Source: an uncultured Verrucomicrobiales bacterium (lineage in GTDB: Bacteria > Verrucomicrobiota > Verrucomicrobiia > Verrucomicrobiales > DEV007). From it: a stretch of 37,841 nucleotides of DNA. Location of the stretch: assembly GCA_938091905.1 (NCBI GenBank), contig CALKOM010000075.1, positions 1 through 37,841 on the forward strand, written 5' to 3'. The translations under genes and the position numbers were made by a program. Positions within the stretch are counted from its first letter, which is position 1. Every line of letters begins with the position of its first letter. The notes under the pieces were generated by a model. The model saw only the letters and a program-made list of their open reading frames with translations. It did not search any database and was not told the DNA's origin. Shown one piece after another: positions 9,374-17,904 of this stretch.

Positions 9374-9455
9374 GCAGGCCTTCAGCCTGCATTGGTTTGG
9401 CTACGCATCCCCAGGGCGTTGCCCTGGGCTAGGATGAGACGAGCCCCTTGGGCTC
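9374..9455. repeat. Inverted copy of the composite palindromic unit
   Basis: GCAGGCCTTCAGCCTGC (9374-9390), CCCAGGGCGTTGCCCTGGGCTAG (9410-9432), GAGCCCCTTGGGCTC (9441-9455). Confidence 0.92.
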
Positions 9456-9520
9456 TGATGTTAGAATCCGCCATTTTTCGAATGCCATTCTTTGCTGCCA
9501 TTTCTCTGCCTGAATCGTCT

Positions 9521-10813
9521 TCATGCCCGCAATTGCTTCACCACCCCGGAGCTGTCCCCATGACGTTCGACAGAGATTCCCATGCCGTGAAGCATCGTTA
9601 GCCAGACGTTGCATAGTGGCGTGTCATTCGGCAGAACGAGATGCTGCCCCAGCTTCAGATTCGCTCCACCGCCGGTGAGAAGGGTCGGGCAATTGTCGAG
9701 GTAGTGGATCGAGCTGATGTTAGACCCGAAGGCCAGTGCGGTATGATCGAACAGGCTCGACCCGTCGGATTCTTTGGTCGCCTTGAGTTTGTCGATCAAG
9801 CCGGCCAGCAATTCGCTGTGGGTCTTGTCTCGGGTCTGGCTCGCCTGCTTGCGCTCACCCTGGGAGTAGTGGCTCACGTTGTGAGCGCTCAACGAAATGC
9901 CCATGCTTTGCAGGAGCGCCTGGCCGGGCATGCGGTAGGTCAGCGCCCGGGTGCTGTCAGTCTGTAGGGCGGCGACGATGAGATCGTACATCACCTTGAT
10001 TTCTTCCCTTCCTTTCAGGCCTGGTTCGGGTTCTGCAATGGGCGCTTCGGCCTTGGGAATGTCGAGCCAGGTTTCGTCTTTCCCCAGTCGTGTCTCGATG
10101 TCACGGATGCCTTGGAAATACTCGTCCAACTTGTCGGTGTCGGTCTTGGATAGGCCGCGCTGAACGCGTTTGGCTTCGGTGAGGACAGCGTCTAGCACGC
10201 TGCGATTCTCAGCGATGGCAGCCTGACGTTGTTCCAGAGGCAAATCATCGGCAGAGAACAGTTTATGGAAGACCTGAACCGGATCGTTCTGCCCCGCCAC
10301 CGGTTTGCCACGCTGATCCCAGGCCAGTGATAGTCCTGGACCATGTCCCGAGGCGTTGCCATCCGTGCTGTTGAGCTGGATCGAGGTGAAGCGAGTGTCC
10401 TGACCAAGTTGCTGGGCGACGACCTGATCGGCGGAAATGCTATTGGCCATGCTCTGGCCGGGCAGGGCAAAGCGATTCGCCCCGCTGAGCCAGAAGGTGC
10501 TGCCCCAGTGGGCTTCGTTGCTGTATTGGTTAGAGCACCCCTGCACCACCGTGAGATCTGACTGGTGACGCACCAGCGGAACGAGGCCTTCGGGGAGGTT
10601 GTAATCCGTACCCGGTTGATGGATGTCAGGAAACCACGTTTCTTTCGTCACTCCAAAACCGATGCCCATAAATACAGCGCGTTTTGGCGGTGTGCTAGGT
10701 GCCGGGGAAGCGGCCGATACGAAACGGCGAAACCCGATGGATTCTAGCGCGGGTAGCGCCACGAGCGCTCCCGTTCCGCGGAGGAAGTGGCGGCGGTTGA
10801 ATAAAGATTTCAT
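9521..10813 (-). CDS. DUF1552 (HXXSHH family) protein with twin-arginine leader
   Basis: NRRHFLRG...LPALES, SISADQ, DPVQVFHKLF, RSVLDAV, DKLDEYFQGIRDIE, DSTR, HNVSHY, SLFDHT, PLCNVWLT, GDSSG. Confidence 0.92.
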   Translation of the reverse strand: MKSLFNRRHFLRGTGALVALPALESIGFRRFVSAASPAPSTPPKRAVFMGIGFGVTKETWFPDIHQPGTDYNLPEGLVPLVRHQSDLTVVQGCSNQYSNEAHWGSTFWLSGANRFALPGQSMANSISADQVVAQQLGQDTRFTSIQLNSTDGNASGHGPGLSLAWDQRGKPVAGQNDPVQVFHKLFSADDLPLEQRQAAIAENRSVLDAVLTEAKRVQRGLSKTDTDKLDEYFQGIRDIETRLGKDETWLDIPKAEAPIAEPEPGLKGREEIKVMYDLIVAALQTDSTRALTYRMPGQALLQSMGISLSAHNVSHYSQGERKQASQTRDKTHSELLAGLIDKLKATKESDGSSLFDHTALAFGSNISSIHYLDNCPTLLTGGGANLKLGQHLVLPNDTPLCNVWLTMLHGMGISVERHGDSSGVVKQLRA

Positions 10814-10849
10814 GGAAGATGGATGAATGAAGTTCTAGGGGCAGACGGT

Positions 10850-11830
10850 TCACTTCACGATGCGAACCGGTAGTTTCGGACTGCTAGTCACGGTCAATTC
10901 CACATCGTCGGCATAGTAGTTCCCCAGTGCGATTGGCGTGTTGCTTTCCATGCCCACGCCGGCGCCCAGGGTGATCAGCGCCACCGTGGCTTCGGGTTCC
11001 AGCAGGCAGACTGCCGAGATTTCTCCGGATGTTTCCCCGGGCTCGAGCCGGACCACTTTCTTGCCGGCCGTAATGACATCGGCTAGCACATGGGGCCAGC
11101 CCTCGGCGATGATGTCTGGGTCGGCTTCGAACAAGTAGATGCGAAGAGTCGCCCGGAGTTTCGGAAACGCTTCATCGATTGAGGAGGGCTTCCGCTCAAA
11201 CGTTGCGGAAAGCTCGAGGGTCTGCCGGGCATTCGAATCGCTCGCTTGCCACTGGTGACGCAGGGCAGCCAGGTCGATGAATTGAAACGCGTTACAGGCA
11301 GAGGCTCCACCTTTGGGAACTCCCTTCACATTGCCGGTCTCCATAAAGCGCAGTCGCCTGTTGCCATCCGACTCTTCAACCACCTCGACCGGATCCCCGC
11401 TCCATTCGCCGAACCGGGAGGAGAAACCCCTCACAATGAGGCCTGGTAGGAGGGAGTCAAAGGTGCCGTGGGCGACGTTCAAGGAGGACACTTCTGCCCT
11501 CGGCTTGCCAATCGCCCAAGCGACGCCAATGCCTAGCAGGCCCACGAACGCTCCGGCTACAATCGCGGCCGCAAGTTGCTGCGGCCAACAAGCAAAGGAG
11601 CGGATGGGCTTGTTCTTCTCCATCGATGCCACGCCAACCTTCGGATCATCCCCAAGGCCGAGCGCGAGCACTTCATCCGCGAGGGCGCCGTGGACCTGGC
11701 CGGCCTGAAGGTAGCGTGCACGAATCCCGGCGTCGGCCACGATTCGTGAAGAGAGTGCCTCGGCCTCTTCGGCATTCGTTTGCCCGTCGAGGTGTTTCTG
11801 AATAAGGGAATCCCAGTCCATGGTGTCCAT
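10850..11830 (-). CDS. Putative anti-sigma factor: N-terminal helical domain, one TM segment, periplasmic beta-rich domain
   Basis: WDSLIQKHLDGQ...EALSSRI...RARYLQAGQVHGAL resembles PVC anti-sigma N-termini; hydrophobic LAAAIVAGAFVGLLGIGVAWA; starts immediately after the sigma stop codon. Confidence 0.7.
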   Translation of the reverse strand: MDTMDWDSLIQKHLDGQTNAEEAEALSSRIVADAGIRARYLQAGQVHGALADEVLALGLGDDPKVGVASMEKNKPIRSFACWPQQLAAAIVAGAFVGLLGIGVAWAIGKPRAEVSSLNVAHGTFDSLLPGLIVRGFSSRFGEWSGDPVEVVEESDGNRRLRFMETGNVKGVPKGGASACNAFQFIDLAALRHQWQASDSNARQTLELSATFERKPSSIDEAFPKLRATLRIYLFEADPDIIAEGWPHVLADVITAGKKVVRLEPGETSGEISAVCLLEPEATVALITLGAGVGMESNTPIALGNYYADDVELTVTSSPKLPVRIVK

Positions 11831-12361
11831 TTAGGCGAGTTCCTTTCTCATCTGGCTTTCGATGCAGGTTTGGAGGTCGGCCCGAATGCGTTGGATCGCC
11901 TTGTAGATCGCTTCGATGGTCCGGCCCTCTTGTTCGGAGAGCCACTGTGGGCTGCGGCCGTCATGGTAATAGCCCCGAATGAGCCGGCGCTGATTTTCGG
12001 GCAGTTTGCCCAGGCAGGTGGTGAGATGCCGCTCGATCGCTGCCACGAATCCCGGATCCTGTTCCATTTCCTCCTGGAGCACCTCCATGGCCTTCTCAGT
12101 GAGCTGCGCCCGCCGCTGCTGGCGGGCCAGGAAGCGCCGCGTTTCGATCCGCGCAAACCCCATTGCCCAGTGGAGGAACGGGCGCTCCGGATCGTAGGAA
12201 TCGAACTGCCGCCAGAGGGCAACCGCCGTTTCCTGCACGATCTCCCGCGCATCGGCCCGGTTGGGGACAAGAACGAGAGTGGAGCGCAACATCACCGGCT
12301 CACTCTCGAGGAGGAGGCGGGTAAAACGCTCGTGAGCGTCGTTCTGGTCGGTCAGGGACAT
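11831..12361 (-). CDS. ECF sigma-70 factor (Rhodopirellula/Verrucomicrobium type)
   Basis: LVPNRADAREIVQETAVALWRQFDSYDPERPFLHWAMGFA; CLGKLPENQRRLIRGYY...AIYKAIQRIRADLQTCI. ATG at 12361 preferred over 12436 on length grounds. Confidence 0.93.
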   Translation of the reverse strand: MSLTDQNDAHERFTRLLLESEPVMLRSTLVLVPNRADAREIVQETAVALWRQFDSYDPERPFLHWAMGFARIETRRFLARQQRRAQLTEKAMEVLQEEMEQDPGFVAAIERHLTTCLGKLPENQRRLIRGYYHDGRSPQWLSEQEGRTIEAIYKAIQRIRADLQTCIESQMRKELA

Positions 12362-12459
12362 TGGCGAAACGATCGAATCTACTACAGGTCCACGCCAGGC
12401 GAGATTTCTGGACAAATAAGTCGGATTTTTGCTCATCCCAGCGGTGGTACGGAAGCGCG

Positions 12460-12582
12460 ATGCGTTTGCTTCGGCCTACGGTATCGACAGCATTTGCCGT
12501 TGATTACATCCAGAACTCAAACATCGTCATCATCAGGGCTGATGATCTCGGCTAAAGAGATGGCGGTTGCTATGGAGCCTGA
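12460..12582 (+). pseudogene. Sulfatase N-terminal stub, decayed
   Basis: MRLLRPTVSTAFAVDYIQNSNIVIIRADDLG*RDGGCYGA*. TAA at 12553-12555 sits where Y/W is expected in DDLGYxDxGCYG. Confidence 0.7.
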
Positions 12583-12651
12583 TCAAATGCAGCCAAGCCT
12601 TCGAGTGGAGAGTCACGGCTGAGGTGAAGAGCGAATGAACTTGGAATAACA

Positions 12652-12804
12652 ATGATGCGAAAAATCACAGATTTGGTCTTGTTCCTGAAGCTTAGCTCTC
12701 TGTTAGCGAGTTTGAGTCATGGCCAGGACGAGAGCCTTGATCCAAAGAAGGCTGATCGCCCAGTCAATGATCGCAGTTCGATCGGCCCAGCCCAACACAA
12801 CTGA
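12652..12804 (+). other. 50-aa ORF with signal-peptide-like N-terminus (small exported peptide or gene stub)
   Basis: MMRKITDLVLFLKLSSLLASLSHGQDESLDPKKADRPVNDRSSIGPAQHN*. Confidence 0.35.
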
Positions 12805-12846
12805 GTTACAATTCCAGCAAACACAATCCCCTAACAAGCACCTACA

Positions 12847-14355
12847 ATGATTCTACGCCTGCTGACATTACTCCTCCTGCCGCACCTGGTCATGGCGGCC
12901 GACAAGCCAAACATCATCATCGTCCTGGCTGACGACATGGGCATCGGCGACCTGACACCTGGCAATCCCGACTGCAAGATCAAGACCCCACACCTGCAAA
13001 CGATGGCCGACGAAGGCATCCACTTCTTGGACGCCCACAGTACCAGCGCCGTCTGCACTCCTACCCGCTACGGTCTGCTCACCGGCCGTTACAATTGGCG
13101 TTCCGTCAAAGCTCGCGGCGTCCTCAGCGGTACCAGCCCTCACCTGATCCCAGCGGATCGGCCAACGATCGCGCACATGTTGCGCAAGGCCGGCTACACC
13201 ACCCAGATGATCGGTAAGTGGCACCTCGGCTGGGACTGGCACAAGGACGGTGAGAAGATCGACTTCACCAAGCCTGTCAAAAACGGACCAGACATCAATG
13301 GGTTCGACGGCTACTACGGTCACTGCGGCTCCCTCGACATGCCGCCCTACGTCTGGGTCGATACTGGCAAGTGCACCGCTGTCCCTGACCGCGAGGAAGG
13401 CGTCACAAAGAAGCAAGATCCCTACGGTTGGTACCGCAAAGGTCCCATCAGTCCCGACTTCAAAATCGACGACGTGCTCCCTCACCTTTTCGCCAAGTCG
13501 GTGGCGTATATCAACGAGAAAGCTCCCGCTGCCAAGGAGGGCAAGCCCTTCTTCCTCTATCTGCCGCTGCCCGCGCCGCATACCCCGATCGTTCCGGTGC
13601 CTCCCTTCAAGGACGCTAGCGGCATCAATTCCTACGCGGACTTTGTCATGCAGTGCGATCATCACATGGGTCAGCTTTTCACCGCGCTGAAGGAGAACAG
13701 CATCGACGAGAACACCCTCGTCGTCTTCACCACCGACAACGGCTGTTCACCCGAAGGCAACTTCAAGGTCCTCAAAGAGCACAGTCACGATCCCAGCGGC
13801 GGCTTCCGTGGCCACAAGGCCGACATCTACGAAGGCGGTCACCGCGTCCCCTTCATCGTTCGTTGGCCCAAGGGCATCAAGGCCGGCCAGAAGACCAGTG
13901 CCATCGCCTGCCACACCGATCTCTATCCTACCATGGAAGCCATCACTGGTCAGATACGCCAGGATGTCGGCGGCGAAGACGGCTACAACCTCGTCCCAGT
14001 CTTCAACGGCGAGTCCACGACCACTGGCCGCAATACCCTCATCAGCCACTCGATCAGCGGCCACTTCGCCATCCGTCAAGGCGACTGGAAGCTCTGCCTG
14101 TCCGCTGGCAGTGGCGGCTGGAGCGCCCCCCGCGAAAGAGATGCCCAGAAACGAGGCCTACCATCCATGCAGCTCTTCAACCTCGCCGAGGACAAAGCCG
14201 AGCAGAAGAACCTGGTCGAGACGCACCCCGAACGTGCTCAAGAACTCCTCAAGATCCTGCAGTCGGAAGTCGACAACGGTCGTTGCACCCCCGGGAGCAA
14301 GATCCCCAACGACCGCAAGGTCACCTTCCTCCCCAAGGGCGTGACGATCGAGTGA
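12847..14355 (+). CDS. Sulfatase (S1, Cys-type; arylsulfatase-like)
   Basis: KPNIIIVLADDMG, CTPTRYGLLTGRY, GKWHLG, PHTP, TDNG, GHKADIYEGGHRVPFIVRWP; signal peptide. Confidence 0.96.
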   Translation: MILRLLTLLLLPHLVMAADKPNIIIVLADDMGIGDLTPGNPDCKIKTPHLQTMADEGIHFLDAHSTSAVCTPTRYGLLTGRYNWRSVKARGVLSGTSPHLIPADRPTIAHMLRKAGYTTQMIGKWHLGWDWHKDGEKIDFTKPVKNGPDINGFDGYYGHCGSLDMPPYVWVDTGKCTAVPDREEGVTKKQDPYGWYRKGPISPDFKIDDVLPHLFAKSVAYINEKAPAAKEGKPFFLYLPLPAPHTPIVPVPPFKDASGINSYADFVMQCDHHMGQLFTALKENSIDENTLVVFTTDNGCSPEGNFKVLKEHSHDPSGGFRGHKADIYEGGHRVPFIVRWPKGIKAGQKTSAIACHTDLYPTMEAITGQIRQDVGGEDGYNLVPVFNGESTTTGRNTLISHSISGHFAIRQGDWKLCLSAGSGGWSAPRERDAQKRGLPSMQLFNLAEDKAEQKNLVETHPERAQELLKILQSEVDNGRCTPGSKIPNDRKVTFLPKGVTIE

Positions 14356-14504
14356 AGGCATAAAGGTAATGCTTATCACCATCCGATACGGAACACACGT
14401 TGGACGTCCTTGAAGAAATCTAACGAAACCTGTTTTAATTGAGTCATTTCCTGATGTCGTCGATCCCGAACGATACAGGCCGACACGTTTCACGGATGCC
14501 TAAC

Positions 14505-14731
14505 ATGCTTACAATTGAACGTATTCTTTGCCTTCTTCTGACTCTGGCAGCAATTTCCAACGCAGCAGCTCAGAACCCCAAAACCTCATCCTAGCCAACG
14601 ATCACGGCTGGGCAGACACCGCGCTGTACGAGACGCCGAACATACAGCGGCTCGCCGCCCGAGGAATGACGTTTTCCAGTGCGTATGCTAGTCCGATCTG
14701 CTCACCAACGCGGGCCAGCATCATGACGGGC
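14505..14731 (+). pseudogene. Sulfatase N-terminal remnant including the CxPxR motif
   Basis: [26 protein letters not shown], a frameshift near 14580, then [49 protein letters not shown]; similarity ends there. Confidence 0.85.
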
Positions 14732-14844
14732 TCGCTCAGCGCACCGGCCAGTTCCAGACAGACTGCGGTAAAGCCAGCTTCCTTGAGCGACGGACAGAGC
14801 CGCACTCGGCATGGACGATTTTCCCCAGCGAGGTCGGCAAGGCG

Positions 14845-14949
14845 GACGTTGACGGTGTTCTCGGGTTCGACGACGCGGAAGACTTTTGTATCCTGGCCTG
14901 CAGCGGCTCAGCGTTTGAACCATTCGTCGATCGCACTTTGTCCGAGTTT
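14845..14949 (-). pseudogene. Internal fragment of a DUF1592-type gene
   Basis: [34 protein letters not shown] aligns with KLGRSAINEMLERQAALKEDARVFR-VEPETTVNV of the 5923-8628 protein; TGA at 14908-14910. Confidence 0.75.
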
Positions 14950-15007
14950 TCTTTCTGACCGGACTCGTTGTCGATCATGGGTGTGCTGGCCCGCGCGTCA
15001 ATCCTGA

Positions 15008-16294
15008 TCACTTCGCCTTTCCCAGCGAGTACAAACGCGATTGGGTGCGCAAATACATGACGCCACCGGCGATGGCTGGAGTCGCGAAGGTCTTTTCACA
15101 GAGATCCACCCTGCCCAGCTCTTCAAACTCCCTGCTGGCCGCGAGGACGACAACTTCGCCGCGCTTGCTGATGCCGTAGATACGCCGATCGATCCAGAGG
15201 GGAGAACTGTAGCAACTGCGGCCAACCCGCTCCCGCCAATGCACTTCGCCGGTCGACGCCTCAAGGCAAGTGACTATGCCTCCGTCCGTCCACAAGAAGA
15301 GGAGGTCATCTTTGACCACGAAGCTGGGAACCAAGGGCACGCTTTTAGTGACATCGTAAACGAGCTCGCCCTTCGCACCGCCGGCCTTATTGGGACGGAC
15401 CGCGACGAGACGTTGCCCGGACAGACCCTGACCGAAACTGCCGAGAACGAGGTCATCATGCAGCTGCGGGGAGCTGACCGTGCGGTCATCCCAGAGTTGG
15501 TCGATCTCCCAACTGATCTGGCCACTTTTTAGGTCGACCGCTGTGATACCGTGAGCCGTGCTGGTGAAGATGGCTTCCGCTCGATCACCGATTCGCCGGA
15601 TACAGGGCGTCGCATAACCAGCCAGCTCGGACTTTCGATCGATCTTCCAGCGCGTCTTGCCGGTTGTTCGTTCGAGCGCAATCAGAAAGCTCTTCCCCGG
15701 ATCCCAATCTGTATCCTCGGGAAGGTAGAAGGAGAAGCGCTTGGGATTCATCTGGTCGTTCGCTAGCAGAACCAACCCGTCAGCGATGATCGGCGAACTG
15801 GCCGAGCCGTGCAATCCTCGGAATGGGCCGAGGTCCCGACGCCACTTTTCTTTCCCGTCCAGGCCGAGGGCGATCATGAGAACCTGTTTCGGCCTTGACC
15901 AGACGACGATCACTCCGTCCTGATCGACACAGGGGGTGGCGGAGGCGAAGTCGTTGTCACGGTGCAGGTAGAAATCGTCAAAGGTGTAGTCGCGGCGCCA
16001 CTGAACGCGACCGCTGTCCGCATCGATGCAGAGAATGCTGCGGCGCTTCTTCTCGGGGTCATCCCCGGTGAGAAAGATCTGGCTGCCCCACAATACCGGT
16101 GAACTGCTCCCCTTAACCGGAAGGTCGATCTTCCAGTTGTAGTCGCTATCTGTCCAGGTGACGGGGATTCCGGTCGCCTTACTGATGCCCGAACCATTCG
16201 GTCCGCGAAAGCGCGTCCATTCCTGAGCTTCGGAATCGGCGCACCATAGAACCTGAACCAGGATCAGTAGGGAAAGTACGGGCACTGTGCGCAT
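15008..16294 (-). CDS. PQQ-binding-like (BamB-like) beta-propeller protein
   Basis: EWTRFRGPNGSG, NWKIDLP, SSPV, repeated xDxxxGxxxW blades, YATP, YSSP, FATPAI; signal peptide. ATG at 16294 preferred. Confidence 0.9.
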   Translation of the reverse strand: MRTVPVLSLLILVQVLWCADSEAQEWTRFRGPNGSGISKATGIPVTWTDSDYNWKIDLPVKGSSSPVLWGSQIFLTGDDPEKKRRSILCIDADSGRVQWRRDYTFDDFYLHRDNDFASATPCVDQDGVIVVWSRPKQVLMIALGLDGKEKWRRDLGPFRGLHGSASSPIIADGLVLLANDQMNPKRFSFYLPEDTDWDPGKSFLIALERTTGKTRWKIDRKSELAGYATPCIRRIGDRAEAIFTSTAHGITAVDLKSGQISWEIDQLWDDRTVSSPQLHDDLVLGSFGQGLSGQRLVAVRPNKAGGAKGELVYDVTKSVPLVPSFVVKDDLLFLWTDGGIVTCLEASTGEVHWRERVGRSCYSSPLWIDRRIYGISKRGEVVVLAASREFEELGRVDLCEKTFATPAIAGGVMYLRTQSRLYSLGKAK

Positions 16295-16366
16295 GCCGGC
16301 GACCCTACGCCTAAAAGGGGCGCTGCTCAACGCGGTGGGGTTGGAAGTATGCTGTCCGGCCTAACG

Positions 16367-17761
16367 CTAGACTCCGCTTAAGGGTTCGGTGCTGCCACCG
16401 AAGCTGTCGGTTTCTACGCCGAGCTTGTGGAGCATGGTTAGATAGAGATTGGAGAGTGGGAGCTCGGTGCCGCCCATTTCGGCTCGCCAGCCGGAGTCGT
16501 TGGCGATGCCGGAGGTGGCTTGATTGCTTGTGTTGTAGCGGCGGTAGTGACCGTGATTGAAGCCGAGGTTGCCGCCGCCGAAGAGCATGAGCGGATAGTT
16601 GCGCGATAGATGGAAGGCGCTGGAAGCGGAGCCGAACAAGACTGCCGTATTGTCTAGCATGTTCCCGTCTCCGCCGGGTTCGGGCGTGGCCTTGAGCTTG
16701 CTGACAAAGCGGCCTAACTCATCGTTGATGAACCGGCAATAGGTGCCGAAGTTTTTGTAGCCTTCGGGTTTCTTGGTTTCGTGAGATAGCTGATGTGTTA
16801 GTTTGAAGCCGACGGCGCGACCGAGATAATCGCTGATGCCGACGCCGTTCTCACGGCCGAGCTGGTAGGTGGCCACGCGCGTGGAGTCGGTCTTAAACGC
16901 CAGGTAGATCAACTCGTACATGGTCCGCAGATAATTGCGTGGATCATCTGGGGTGACGTCGAGCTGGAGATGATCGACCTCAACCTGCGGAAGCGGGATA
17001 TTCAGCCAACGCTTGGCTTTCTCCACCTTCACTTCAGTATCCCTGACAGACTGCAAATACTCAGCAAGAGTTTCCTGATCGTGCTGGGAGAGCGAACGCT
17101 TCAGAGAACGGGCGTCCGCCATCAAGTCATCGAGCGCGCTCTTGCTGAGGGCAAGTTGGCGCGCGGCGTCCGGGCCACTCTTGACGAAGAGCATGTCGAA
17201 GATGCGTTTGGGCTTGTGCTCGGCTGGGATGGGTCTGCCGTTCCGGTTGTAGGACATGGTCTGTGCGCCACGGGGCGAACCGGTGCCGCCGTCGGTGGAC
17301 ATCACGAGGGAGGCATGTCGGGTATGCTTGCCGGCTTCGGCGGCAAACGCCTGATCAAGCGAAATGGCATTCTGATAATCGCCATCCGCACCAGTATCTG
17401 CGCCGGTCAGAAACTGGTCGGCGTTGGAATGGCCATGCACGCGCCGCACAGCGGGGTGCGACAAGCCGGAGAAGACGGTGAGTTCATCGCGCAGGGGCTC
17501 CAGCGTCTCCATGCATTTGGTTAATGTGTAGTCTTTCCCACTGCCGTGTGGGAACCAGCTCCAGTCCGCAAAACTGGGATCCGCTTCCAGGGGCATGGGG
17601 ACTCCATCCGGCATGTAGAAGCAGGCCAAGCGTTTGCGCCTCGCCGTTTGTAAAGCCGCTGACGAGGTGTCGGCAAAGGATTCGAACCACGGCAAGGCAA
17701 GCGCCAGGCCTGTGCCCCGGAGAAACTTCCGGCGATCTAGTGTAGAGAAGCTGGTGTTCAT
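16367..17761 (-). CDS. DUF1552 (HXXSHH family) protein with twin-arginine leader
   Basis: DRRKFLRG...LPWFES, YMPDGV, ISLDQ, PKRIFDMLF, KSALDD, TDSTRVAT, HQLSHE, MLDNT, PLSNLYLTML. Confidence 0.92.
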   Translation of the reverse strand: MNTSFSTLDRRKFLRGTGLALALPWFESFADTSSAALQTARRKRLACFYMPDGVPMPLEADPSFADWSWFPHGSGKDYTLTKCMETLEPLRDELTVFSGLSHPAVRRVHGHSNADQFLTGADTGADGDYQNAISLDQAFAAEAGKHTRHASLVMSTDGGTGSPRGAQTMSYNRNGRPIPAEHKPKRIFDMLFVKSGPDAARQLALSKSALDDLMADARSLKRSLSQHDQETLAEYLQSVRDTEVKVEKAKRWLNIPLPQVEVDHLQLDVTPDDPRNYLRTMYELIYLAFKTDSTRVATYQLGRENGVGISDYLGRAVGFKLTHQLSHETKKPEGYKNFGTYCRFINDELGRFVSKLKATPEPGGDGNMLDNTAVLFGSASSAFHLSRNYPLMLFGGGNLGFNHGHYRRYNTSNQATSGIANDSGWRAEMGGTELPLSNLYLTMLHKLGVETDSFGGSTEPLSGV

Positions 17762-17904
17762 GGCCTTGGTCCTGAAATCGTCATTCTAGCTCAATCAAAT
17801 CATGTCTCACAACCAAGAAAAGAACTATCAAGTCTCTGCCATCTGCGAGCAAGCTTGCACCTCGCCATATAAGCCGGTGGCCTGCATTCAGTGTCATCCA
17901 GCTT

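Larger units (their letters stand above)
8644..9455 (-). mobile_element. IS200-like/REP-associated Y1 transposase locus bounded by inverted three-hairpin repeat units
   Basis: tnpA at 8889-9349 has two direct units on the left (8644-8769, 8776-8902) and one inverted unit on the right (9374-9455). No target-site duplication is apparent. Confidence 0.85.

Noticed and set aside
14430..14503. VLIESFPDVVDPERYRPTRFTDA* as the 3' remnant of an FAD oxidoreductase
   Set aside because: The resemblance is too short to call without a search.
445..14910. Stop-codon reassignment or readthrough to explain in-frame stops
   Set aside because: The internal stops are mixed (TAG 445, TAG 670, TAA 12553, TGA 14908), come with frameshifts or truncations, and intact genes end normally on the same codons.
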